Part shown: positions 1 through 12,900 of the stretch, in pieces
How the letters are laid out: every line of letters starts with the position of its first letter
Position numbering within the stretch: the stretch's first letter is position 1
From: Tubiluchus corallicola
Lineage: Eukaryota > Animalia > Priapulida
Direction of reading: 5' to 3'
NCBI GenBank assembly: GCA_030141605.1
Contig: JAQGDQ010000024.1
Span: forward strand, 930,001-994,000
Length of the DNA: 64,000 nt
Translations under genes and position numbers: made by a program
Notes under the pieces: model-generated
What the model was told of the DNA's origin: nothing
What the model saw: the letters and a program-made list of their open reading frames with translations, nothing else
Databases searched by the model: none

Positions 1-501
1 TGCTCTACAAATGCACAACTTTTTAGTTTTTCACCGAAATTTTAACGAGCAAATGCTGATTTGGACAGAACAAGCATACATGCACATTCATAATGAATTT
101 AGACTTTCTTTCTTTCCGAGAAGAAATCCATTTAAATTCTCATTTGTGCTTGCATTAATGAAAATATTTAACAATAATGTACATTTCTAATTGTCATTTT
201 CAGACAACAGCAGATGAGTAATTAATTTGTTGTTAATGTTAATGTTAATATTTTTTTAATGTTAATACTAATGTTAACTGTTGAACAGTTTAAATGGTTT
301 GAACAGCCTGTGCACAGCTATGAAAAAATTCATTCATAAATGCAGCTATGGTAATTAGAGTTTTTGCTAGATTCCAAATAAAAAACTAGAACCCCGTAAT
401 TAGAAACATCAAGTTCCGTATGAATTTGCTAAGTAAGCAAAATTTTTACCAAAGCTTAGTTAAAAAATGTGGAACAGTTATTCAAATTTACGAGTTTTAC
501 A

Positions 502-502
<1 letters not shown>

Positions 503-551
<49 letters not shown>

Positions 552-552
552 C
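503..552. repeat. (GT)n microsatellite
   Basis: Direct dinucleotide run. Confidence 0.95.
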
Positions 553-772
553 GGTTTAACACACTGCGAGTATCCAGCACCAAATAGCAAAGCCTGCTCC
601 TTATGCTACTGTGGCCTGACAAGAACCTAGCACATCGTCAAGAAATGTACCTCCAAGATGTAACATTTAACTGGTAAAGGTGTCCTAGCTATGTTTGGAT
701 AAATACACAGCCACAGTCAACAGAATTATTGATAAAATCCATTTAATCTAAATTTAAATCAACAAAGTTTAC

Positions 773-998
773 CAGTAATAGTGACTTGCACAACATCCGA
801 GGACGGATTAGAATCAGTACTGATGCATCTGTACGTTGACTCATCTGAACTGTCAGCAGCTTCAATCAATAGTACAAATACATCATCATTGCCTTCCTCT
901 TCTATGAAAACATCAATGTTTCTTGCAGATGTCATAACTCTGTCTCCTTCTGTCAGGGTCTGATAGGAACCAGACGTTCTCTGCTTCTGCCAGCGAAT
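773..998 (-). CDS. Ig30 B exon (phase 0-1)
   Basis: IRWQKQ...DESTYRC; AG/GT flanks. Confidence 0.9.
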
Positions 999-3900
999 CT
1001 GAAACATGGCAAGATCCATCGATATATCCTCAAAACAGTTTCTACTGATTAAAAAGTAAGGCAGCGACACTGGCAACCATTATAAGTGCCAGTTACAATA
1101 TTCTTTCAGGTTACACACCTTTTTGCAAATATCAGTCAACAAGATGTCTGAATGGTAACAATAGTCTAGGCCCATATCCTGAAAAAGTGCTTCTATAAGG
1201 TGCTCGGGACGGTTGTTTTCTAAAAGTGGGCAACATAACCAGTCTTATTAATTTGACTATGTTGAATCCAAAAAAGGTTGTTGCTGGTTCAAAAAATTAG
1301 CGGAAAGGGATTAAAAACGCAAAAAACAAAATGACTGTCAAATAAAAAAAATTTCCTGAAAATGAACATTAAAAAGCCATTATGACATCTATTCCAGGGC
1401 TTCTGCAATCCATTATCTGTTACATTTGTTACAAAAATGATTGTAGTCTTCAAAATGGCCGCCACACAAAAAGAAATGATGCCAATGAATTATATTACCT
1501 GTTTCACCTAAAGATTTATTACAAAAACAAAAAGCAAGTCATTTTTGCTAATTCGACCTTGAATCTAAATGCTGCCAGACAAATCATTAATAACAAGAAA
1601 TAAGCAGACGAAAATGGCTGCCGGGTTACCAAAGTATAGTCCAGCAGAATCGTGAAAAACTGCACATTTCATCTAAATGTTATGAAACTTAGCACAACAC
1701 TAGAACCCGACAAAGTGATTAATTTTAGAGAAAAAATAATCCTCCAATATGGGCACCATTTTCAAGATCTACCAATAAGATGTGTTCTAGCATATAAGGA
1801 TTATATCTTAGCTACCAGAACAGAGAACATGATGATTCTGGTATCTAAATATAGGCTTAGGGTCAAGCAATCCATAACTAATACTTAAAAACATTTATGT
1901 GCTCTAGCAGCTAAGATTCGGCTTTAAAAAACACATCATTCCATCTTCCAGACCATTTTGACATGGTGGCAACATTGGATGTTTTTTGTTTGGCTTCACA
2001 TTCAAAATTAATCACTTTGATGAGTTTTAACTTTGTGCAAAGTACTGAAACTTTTAAATGAAGTGAGTGAGTTTTTGCCGTTCTACAAGAGACTATTATT
2101 TTGGGATCCAGATCAATTTCAAAGTGGCTGCCAAGACGGCTACGGCAACTAATGTAATACATTAGCTACATTACATGTTCTAAGGCAGATAGGATGATAA
2201 TTTTAGATAGAAAGCTTTAAAAGTAAAAGCTGTAGATTAGTGTCCCATGAAGCCACCACTTTCCAGATGGCCAACAAGATTTCCGTCACTAGCATCAGAC
2301 AAAGGCAACATCACAGTTGTCATAACAGATAAGATGTGATTTTGGTGTGTAAATATGGTTTTTCAAGATTAAGGAATCCACATTCAGTGCTAGGGCAGTG
2401 ATCAATGCCTGGACCAACAATACCTGCCCGTTTTTCCCACTTCTCTGGTGTGCCCCAAGTGTGGGATATGTTGGAGGAACTGTCACCAAAAAAACCTTTC
2501 CTTTCTAGTGAGAACAAACTTTTGCATGTTGCACAAACTGATGTCAATGTCCCATCTTTGTGATACAGGAATACAGCAAAATGTTCCAGCACACGTATGA
2601 GTTCAGTCAATAGTTCTGTTCTAGTAGTGTTTCTTAAAGATACAAATGCTTCTGTTATGTGGGCCAAACCATCTTTTTTCTCTATTTCTGAAAGCTGAAG
2701 TCTGGTCGCAACACTATTGGCATGGATTGCTTGCAGAGCCATTTTTTTCAGAATGAATGGCATTCACATTTTTATATGGCGCAAAATATGGTTCCCATAA
2801 TCTAACAACAGCTACCTTTAGGCCGTTTTGAAAATGTTGGTCATAGCATTACAGTCAACCTTGGATATAAGGGACACCACCGGACTGGAAAAAATCGTCC
2901 CTTATATCTGATGTTCCTGATAGCTGAAGTTGGAGCAGACTCAGGGTGTATCTAGACCTGTACTTGTCTGTACTTTTACCCATATTTTTATGGATTATTG
3001 CTACACATTCAGTGCAAGCGGGATGTAGGAAGCTCCTTCAGTGATGAAAGATGTATATGACTGCGGAAACCAAGCTATTCGAATGTCAAGTTTGCAAAAA
3101 AAGTTAAAAATCGATCAATTTTGCTTTGATCATCCCTTATATGCGAGGTAATTTACCTGGGTTTCTATTACGTGGGACCTGAAGATATTGTCCCTTATAT
3201 ACGAAGATTTTTATAAGGAAAAACGTTACGAAAAATCGGGACCGGTGTTGGTGGTCCCCTATAAGCGAATGCCTTATAAGCAAGTACCTTATACCCGAGG
3301 TTGACTGTATTTCATTATTGTGTGACGGCCATTTTGAAAATGGGAGTCAATTTTGAAATGAAAATGACAGAAATGGGTTTCTTGAGTCCAACTACCTTGG
3401 AATAAATGTCATATTGACTTCTTAATGTTAATTTTCTGAAAATCTCTGTTAATTTATGTTGTTTGTGCAAAAACTTAGTAGCCATTTTGTTTTTCTTTTG
3501 TGCTTTTAACCCCTTTCCGCTAATTTTTCAAGCTGGCAACAGATTCAGCATAGTGAAGTTGATAAAATTGGCCATGTTGCCCACTTTTAGAAAAAAGCCT
3601 CCAGGGTTCTACTTTTCTAAAATGGGATTAGACTACAATAAAAGCCAACAAATTCAATAAAAACACACGAATAAATTTAATCAGATATACCCCAGTATTA
3701 CATTAGTAATATTTGACAGAGATTCACCTAACATGCACTACAGCAAGACAAAAAGTTTGTTGGTTTTAGCACGATTTCAAATAAATAACTTTATTTGCTT
3801 ATAATTTATTACCTGGAATTCACTTTTTAATAATCGTTAACGGCTTTCTTCAGTGACCCCAGTTTCTTTGCACAATGATGCAACAGGCCATTGCCCAATT

Positions 3901-6900
3901 TGTATAATAATACAAAGGCTGTCTTGACAACCTAATCAACAGGAAGACAATCCTTCCACATAGTAATGCCATATATAAAAACAGCAAATAATGATGACAG
4001 GGCAGTTCTATTCACTTCCTGACAAAAACTCTAGAGCCTGCTTTTTCATTGGACTCTTTCCAGTTGCAATAATTTTAAAACATCCAGCTGAATACTTATG
4101 ACAACATATTACATCACCACATTAACTTCTGAACAATCAAAATGATATCATTTTCATTACTTTTACAGCTTCACTGTTCATCACTTTACAGCCACAATCT
4201 TTCGAAAAGATGCTTAACAGTAATAGCGAAAACAACACTAAACAATGGCAATAGCAAGCAAAAGTCTTACTGACTGTGAAGTGTCATAACATACCTTAGT
4301 AGAGCCACGTAAGCCACTGACAACACATTCCAGAAATATATCGCTCCCTGCTAGATAATCATCATCTGATGTGATCTCTTCAATACGGGCACCGGTACTG
4401 CTTGTATCACCTCCAGCTGAAAGCAATCAGTAAATCTGTCGATCAGTTACTTAACATAGACAAGTAATCAAACTCTTACTGATCCATGGTTCTACTTAAA
4501 TGGGGCCTGAGAATGACTTGTTCACTGGTTTCTTTCACAGCCAAACACAAATAATAAGAACTGCAATAATAACAACAATTTATTACTGAGTACATCATGT
4601 CATCATGTTAGATGAGAAAGAATAATAAACCTTCGATCAACGAAAAGCAAATACAGTAGTGGATAATATAATACTGACAACTAGACTAGAAATGTAAACA
4701 TTTTAAACAGTCGTCAAAGGCTCAACACACTTTGCCTTCTTGCCGAGGCTATAGCATTGTGAGTGTACTGGTCTCGCAATATCTGCCCTAATGCATACAG
4801 CCGAACTGTGCAAATAATAAGTAATAGTAATTTTGAAGGGGTGGGTCGACGGCAGATTATTTTGTGTCCCAGAAAACGGGACAGCGTAGAGAAAACGAAT
4901 TTGGATGGTACTGCAAGTGATGTATCTGTAATAAAGTTTATACATATTATAAATAAACTGCATATATAACTATAAATACATGTATAATGAGACTGCATAT
5001 AGAAATATAAAAATAATGCACTCTAAAACACTGACTAGATGCTACTTTGAGTAAGAAGGGCTGTAAACTGCCAAAGTAAGCCTGTCTGACTAATTCAGCA
5101 GACAGCTCTCTGCTCTAAATAGTATTGATGTACAATTGAGAAAAGAACAACCACGGTTACAGTACAAACTATCCAAGATTTGACATTTAAGTATAAAAGG
5201 TCGTGCAAATTTAGTTGTTACTGTAATACATACAGCACAACTATCTTTGTTCTTAACATCAAAGGCAGACCTCTCTAAAAAATTGAATAAAGCTTTCAGG
5301 ACTTAGACAGAAACACCGAAATGAAGCAACAGGTCACACAAACAAATTTAATCAAGTTTTCTAATTTATGACATTTAAACATGCTAAAGGTTCTTTGCAA
5401 CTTCTCAAAGAATTAGTCAACAAATATCTATTATACTTATGACTATGAATATAAATATTTTGGTTAGGGTTTTCTATTCTTTCCTATGGTGAACACAACT
5501 TGATCAGTGAACACATTCTGTTGCCAATTGTTAGGATTGTATATCTTAGTTCTTCTGTTTATGTACAGTATAGCTTTTAAATGGCAATTATTTCTCTCTC
5601 TCAAAAATGACACAAGAAAAAACCAATGGTTGCGAAATAATGAACAAAACCAGGTAGCTAAAAGCAGCCAAAAGACAAAAATATCTAAGGTGATAAATGC
5701 AATTCATAGTCTTTCTAAAAGTTCATTTTTCAAAAAAAAATTCCAAATTTAAAATAAATAATAAAATCAGTGCAGAATTAAAGTTACTTAGAGTATTAGT
5801 TCTACATTAATGAATACATACAGCTAACTGTTAACAGAACTGTCTCAGACACTGGTGAACTGTCAGTCGTTATACATCGGTAAACTCCAGAATCAGATTG
5901 CTGCACATCACTAATTATCAAAATAAAAGTGTCCTCAGATGATGATTCGTCAACGTCAACATCGATACGATCGTCTGAAGTAAATATGTCATTGCCTTCA
6001 GTTAGTGTCTTGTAGCTACCACGATCTCCCTTCTGCCATCTCACCTGAAATACAATGAAAGCAGAGATTAGGGCAGGTCAACTTTGAGGCTAACAAGGAT
6101 AGATAAATATATATTATATTCGTTTCATCAGGCTCTGACACAACAGAAAAAGTCAAAAAGAGAAGCAAATTAACAATGTTTTTGTATCAATTTTATTTTG
6201 TTTTGAGACAATGACTAAAATACTATGCAAAAAAAGCTCTTACTTTAACAGATATACTTCATATTTTGTGTTCTGTAACTGCATGTTACTGTTACAAAAC
6301 AAATAGAATTGGACAAAAGTGCAACCAGAACATGTAAGAAGTCGGATCTCTTTAAACTGAATAAATTCAGTAAAAGTGCTTACAGTAAAGCGTCCTGTCA
6401 AACCACTGACTGTACATTCCAATTCCACGTCGTCGCTTTGCTCTTTATTCATGTTTGAGCTTATAAATGTGATTTCGCTGTCAAAGGATCCGCTTGCTGA
6501 AAGTAAAATTTAGTAAAATAAACCACAGTAATTATTAATGTTCTACAAGAAAGCAAATGGCATGAAGTTAGTCATCATCGCTATCATCGTCACCACCACC
6601 ATCATTTTGGTTGGTAATGAAAAATAGTTTTCATAAACATTTACAGTTCGGTTGATAAGTAATAAAAAATGAGCTATTGGGCAACCAAATTTGTGCACAG
6701 AATTATTGGCTTAAAACATATAATACTAACATTTAATGCTTCGCTGCAAGTGTTTTTTGGAAAAAAATAAGGATATAAACAACAACTTTCCAAAACATTG
6801 TTGTTTTTTTTAACCAAACTATACAAATAAAAATCAATATGTGGCTAACATGCCTAAAATAAGTAAACTTACGCAAAACCGTAACTTCGACATTCTTCGA

Positions 6901-9900
6901 GTCAGAATCATCATCAATTCGACAACGAAATTGTCCTTCGTCACTAGAACGAACATTCGTTATAGAAAGAATGTAATTGTAAGTGTCATCAGAAGTCTTT
7001 AGCCTGTTAATGTTATATCGAGAATCACTAATTTCTCTATCAGTTCCATGAGTTAAAGTCACTACATTTCTTCCATCTATTTTTTCCCAATCAACCTATA
7101 AAACACATAAAAAAATAGCAGACAAAACAAAAGGAATTTCGTTCCTTTCTGTCGCCATCAATATCATTTCATGTCATTTCAAATTATTTTTTACTGTTTG
7201 CTCACCACATACTGTAAACAGTTTGCTAACACACAGCATAAGAGTGATAATGCATGCCACTGTGACAAATCAAAATTATGAGCCTATGCAAAATACTGAG
7301 GAAGCAGACAGAGAAAAAAACAATTTCAGCAATTAGCTAGCAAAAATAACCAAGCAAAAGGTCAATAACCCAATTCAGATGACCGCTCATGACATTAGAA
7401 TATCATTGAATAAAGTTGTTTACACTATTTACATTTAGCCAATGAAATATGATGTTTGACTGAACAAACTTTAAGCAAATTTTAATACCTCCTTTTTGGG
7501 GAATATGGGATATCAATCATTCAGCAGAACTTGACAAGACTGTTTAAGAAAAGTAAACAGACACAATAGCAACTCACCGTAGTTCTGGACTCTAAGCCAT
7601 CGACCTCACATTCTAGAGTAACTGTCTGTGAGCGTCGTGCCGTCACGTCACTGCTGATAAAGGTGATAAATGCTCCAGAACCAGCTAAATAATCAAAGTC
7701 GTATAAATTGTTAAGTAACTAGTAAACTTTTCATGCCACGGTTATTTAGATGCAATCATGTCACGGAAAGTTCGCATAAAGCATGTAAATGATAAGCCTC
7801 TAGTAACACTGTAACAACCACTGCTCAATGAATATTTCTCATAACATATTTGCCACTGATTTTTAGTCTCAGTGTGTGACTTGATGTAATTTCTTTTTAT
7901 GAAAGAACAAAGTACATGAGATAAGAGAGCATACCGTATCAAAATACGAATCTTCATATATTTCATAATGTTCTAAAAGCATTTCATTTTGTAAAAATTA
8001 CACGTCGTTTGTGCGACATCTCATTGCATGTGAAAGTTTTTGTAAAAAATCATAAGAAACTATCAAAAAAATTGGGATGAAGCATTCATGTCACGTAATT
8101 ATATTTACCAGATCTAACATCTACTTCTGTTTCCATAGAATCTTCTCCACTGTCAGTTGTGATGCAACGATAAGTACCATCATCTGAAGACTCAGCATCT
8201 TCAATTGAAAGTTCAAAGTGAGTTTCACTAAATTCGGTGTATTTATTAATAGAAATTCTGCTGTCAGAAGATTCGACATTGTCATCTTCAGTCAGCGTGT
8301 CGTAGCGAGAACTACTTCTTCTTTTCTCCCAACGCACCTGGTTAATAGATTATAAATGGATAAAGGCTCACTTCAACTCAAACCAGGCAGAGCAAAAATA
8401 TCATCAAAATAACAAGGCTTCAAAAAATGTTGAAGTTTACTTCAGTTAAAAAGTGTAGTACAGGTAAAAATAAATAAGTTAGTCAAGCAAACATTTCTTC
8501 CTTGCATCTTCAAACATTCTTATAGACAGGCCAACAAAATAAATAAGAAATCTGAATGGGCATGCACAAACATTATTTTAATACATCATGCGATAAAAAA
8601 GTAAACATATAAGTATCTTTCAGCCCTTAACATTCAAACTTGGAAAAATACTTCTAAATAAATACAATAATTCACTATAAACAATTAAAAATTGATGAAT
8701 ACAAAGGTACAAAGATAAAAAAGTTTTAGCAACAATGCAATTTGATGCCACTGGCTCCAACAAGGTTTCTGCAACCATTTTAATCATTTACTATGCCACC
8801 TTAAAATACTGGGCAGCATTTTTAAGCAACTTTTGTTTGATTTCACACCACACAATTCTTACGTGTGCCTGCACTCATGCAAACATAAGTAAACACAATA
8901 ACAATTTACAGTATCTGATCCAGATAATCCAGTAGCAGAGCAAAGAAGAATGATGGTAGACTCTTCCCTAACTGTGATATCAGGTGTTACACGAATTATG
9001 GTAGGCGTGCTAGTACCTCCATTACCTGTATGTAAAAAGGATCAGTGTTAATTAAAATACTAGAAGTTAAATTTTACGCATACAACTATTTTCAATACGT
9101 GGAAATCATTTGAACTAAAAGAAGTACATTGAAATGTTGACATAACAAAAGCTTCTATATTAGTTATAATGTGCAGTAAACATAATAATTCTTTAAAAAA
9201 TATTATAGCAACGTGATTTCAATCTAAACATACAAGGGCAAGCAAAAATGTGTGTAATTTATTAATTGGGCTAGATCACCGTAAATGTTAACCCAAAAAT
9301 AAAGAAAACAGAAACAAACGAATAAACAAAAAAAGAAATAGGGCAAACAAAAACGTACAAAACTCAACAACAACAAACAACAGCACACAATAAGCTAACA
9401 GACACTTACTTGTGACGACAACATCTTTAACATCAGAATCATCATCAATTTTACACCTATAAAACCCGGCATCATTTTCATCTGGATCTTCCAAAGTAAG
9501 TATGAAGCTGTCCTGACTAGTTTGCCTAATACTAAACCGATCGTCATCTACTCTGACATTGTCTCCTCGTGTGAGCAGTGTCACATCACCATCACTAATA
9601 AACTCCCACTCAACCTTAAAAAATTATTAAACATGCAACTATGTAAATAAATTTTTTGTAATACAGATAATATAAAACTTTCATAGTTTTCATTTGATAT
9701 AGATAACAGTATTGTTATACATTGTTCATCATTTGCTGCACAAGCAAAATGTACCTGCCAATCAATTCAACTTCCAACAATATGCAACTGAGCCTCATGG
9801 TTAGCTAAGGTCTAATTTTCTCTGTTATTGTTGACTGCCACCAACGAATGTACTTGGCTTATGAGTGAATAATTTTAGCACTCATTTTACTATTTAAGCA

Positions 9901-12900
9901 TAATTTTTAACTGATTTAACTTACGGTAGCAAACTACGAGAGCTAGCTACGCAGATCTGTCCATTGTTAACAAGACTTACATTTCTTGAAGAAGGAAGAT
10001 CATCTACTTCACATTCTAACTCCAGTTCATCAAGACCATTCAAAGATGTGCGATCAGAAATGAATGTGATACGTGCATCAGAGCCAGTACCTATATAAGA
10101 TAAAGATAAGAGAGCATACTGTATCAAAATACGAATCTTCATATATTTCATAATGTTCTAAAAGCATTTCATTTTGTAATAATTGCACGTCGTTTGTGCG
10201 ACATCTCATTGCATGTGAAAGTTTTTGTAAAAATCATAAGAAACTATCAAAAAAATTGGGATGAAGCATTCATGTCACGTAATTATATTTACCAGATCTA
10301 ACATCTACTTCTGTTTCCATAGAATCTTCTCCGCTGTCAGTTGTGATGCAGCGATAAGTACCATCATCTGAAGACTCAGCATCTTCAATTGAAAGTTCAA
10401 AGTGAGTTTCACTAAATTCGGTGTATTTATTAATAGAAATTCTGTTGTCAGAAGATTCGACATTGTCATCTTCAGTCAGCGTGTCGTAGCGAGAACTACT
10501 TCTTCTTTTCTCCCAACGCACCTGGTTAAAAGATTATAAATGGATAAAGGCTCACTTCAACTCAAACCAGGCAGAGGAAGAATATCATCAAAATAACAAG
10601 GCTTCAAAAAATGTCGAAGTTTACTTCAGTTAAAAAGTGTAGTACAGGTAAAAATAAATAAGTTAGTCAAGCAAACATTTCTTCCTTGCATCTTCAAACA
10701 TTCTTATAGACAGGACAACAAAATAAATAAGAAATCTGAATGGGCATGCACAAACATTATTTTGATACATTATGCGATAAAAATGTAAACATATAAGTAT
10801 CTTACAGCCCTTAACGTTCAAACTTGCAAAAATACTTCTTAATCAATACAATAATTCAATATAAACAATTAAAAATTGATGAATACAAAAGTACAAAGTA
10901 AAAAAGTTTTAGCAATAATGCATTTTGATGCCACTGGCTCCAACAAGGTTTCTGGAACCATTTTAATCATTTACTATGCTGCCTTAAAATCCTGAGCAGT
11001 ATTTCTAAGCAACTTTTGTCTGATTTCATGCCACACAATTCTTATGTGTGCCTGCACTCATGCAAACATAAGTAAACACAATAACAATTTACAGTATCTG
11101 ATCCAGATAATCCAGTAGCAGAGCAAAGAAGAATGATGGTAGACTCTTCCCTAACTGTGATATCAGGTGTTACACGAGTTATGGTAGGCGTGCTAGTACC
11201 TCCATTACCTGTATGTAAAAAGGATCAGTGTTAATTTTTACGCATACAACTATTTTCAATACGTGGAAATTATTTGAACTAAAAGAAGTACATTGAAATG
11301 TTGACATAACAAAAGCTTCTATATTAGTTATAATGTGCAGTAAACATAATAATTCTTTAAAAAATATTATAGCATCGTGATTTCAATCTAAACATACAAG
11401 GGCAAACAAAAATGTGTTTAATTTATTAATCGGGCTAGATCACTGTAAATGTTAACCAGCAAATAAAGAAAAACAGAAACAAATGAATAAACAAAAAAAG
11501 AAATAGGGCAAACAAAAACGAGCTAAACTCAACAACAACAAACAATAGCACACAATAAGCTAACAGACACTTACTTGTGACGACAACATCTTTAACATCA
11601 GAATCATCATCAATTTTACACCTATAAAACCCGGCATCATTTTCATCTGGATCTTCCAAAGTAAGTATGAAGCTGTCCTGACTAGTTTGCCTAATACTAA
11701 ACCGATCGTCATCTACTCTGACATTGTCTCCTCGTGTGAGCAGTGTCACCTCACCATCACTAATAAACTCCCACTCAACCTTAAAAAATTATTAAACATG
11801 CAACTATGTAAATAAATTTTTTGTAATACAGATAATATAAAACTTTCATAGTTTTCATTTGATATAGATAACAGTATTGTTATACATTGTTCATCATTTG
11901 CTGCACAAGCAAAATGTACCTGCCAATCAATTCAACTTCCAACAATATGCAACTGAGCCTCATGGTTAGCTAAGGTCTAATTTTCTCTGTTATTGTTGAC
12001 TGCCACCAACGAATGTACTTGGCTTATGAGTGAATAATTTTAGCACTCATTTTACTATTTAAGCATAATTTTTAACTGATTTAACTTACGGTAGCAAACT
12101 ACGAGAGCTAGCTACGCTGATCTGTCCCTTGTTAACAAGACTTACATTTCTTGAAGAAGGAAGATCATCTACTTCACATTCTAACTCCAGTTCATCAAGA
12201 CCATTCAAAGATGTGCGATCAGAAATGAATGTGATACGTGCATCAGAGCCAGTACCTATATAAGATAAAGATAAGAGAGCATACTGTATCAAAATACGAA
12301 TCTTCATATATTTCATAATGTTCTAAAAGCATTTCATTTTGTAAAAATTGCACGTCGTTTGTGCGACATCTCATTGCATGTGAAAGTTTTTGTAAAAATC
12401 ATAAGAAACTATCAAAAAAATTGGGATGAAGCATTCATGTCACGTAATTATATTTACCAGATCTAACATCTACTTCTGTTTCCATAGAATCTTCTCCGCT
12501 GTCAGTTGTGATGCAGCGATAAGTACCATCATCTGAAGACTCAGCATCTTCAATTGAAAGTTCAAAGTGAGTTTCACTAAATTCGGTGTATTTATTAATA
12601 GAAATTCTGTTGTCAGAAGATTCGACATTGTCATCTTCAGTCAGCGTGTCGTAGCGAGAACTACTTCTTCTTTTCTCCCAACGCACCTGGTTAAAAGATT
12701 ATAAATGGATAAAGGCTCACTTCAACTCAAACCAGGCAGAGGAAGAATATCATCAAAATAACAAGGCTTCAAAAAATGTCGAAGTTTACTTCAGTTAAAA
12801 AGTGTAGTACAGGTAAAAATAAATAAGTTAGTCAAGCAAACATTTCTTCCTTGCATCTTCAAACATTCTTATAGACAGGACAACAAAATAAATAAGAAAT

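Noticed and set aside
4480-4491. 12-nt candidate exon
   Set aside because: Weak acceptor, and would create TAA when joined to Ig29 B
9288-9409. Hydrophobic TM/GPI-like tails after B exons (also 11435, 13617, 6733, 47599)
   Set aside because: Read-through past clear GT donors into T-rich introns; indels between repeat copies change the peptide. Only intronic poly(A) evidence would revive this
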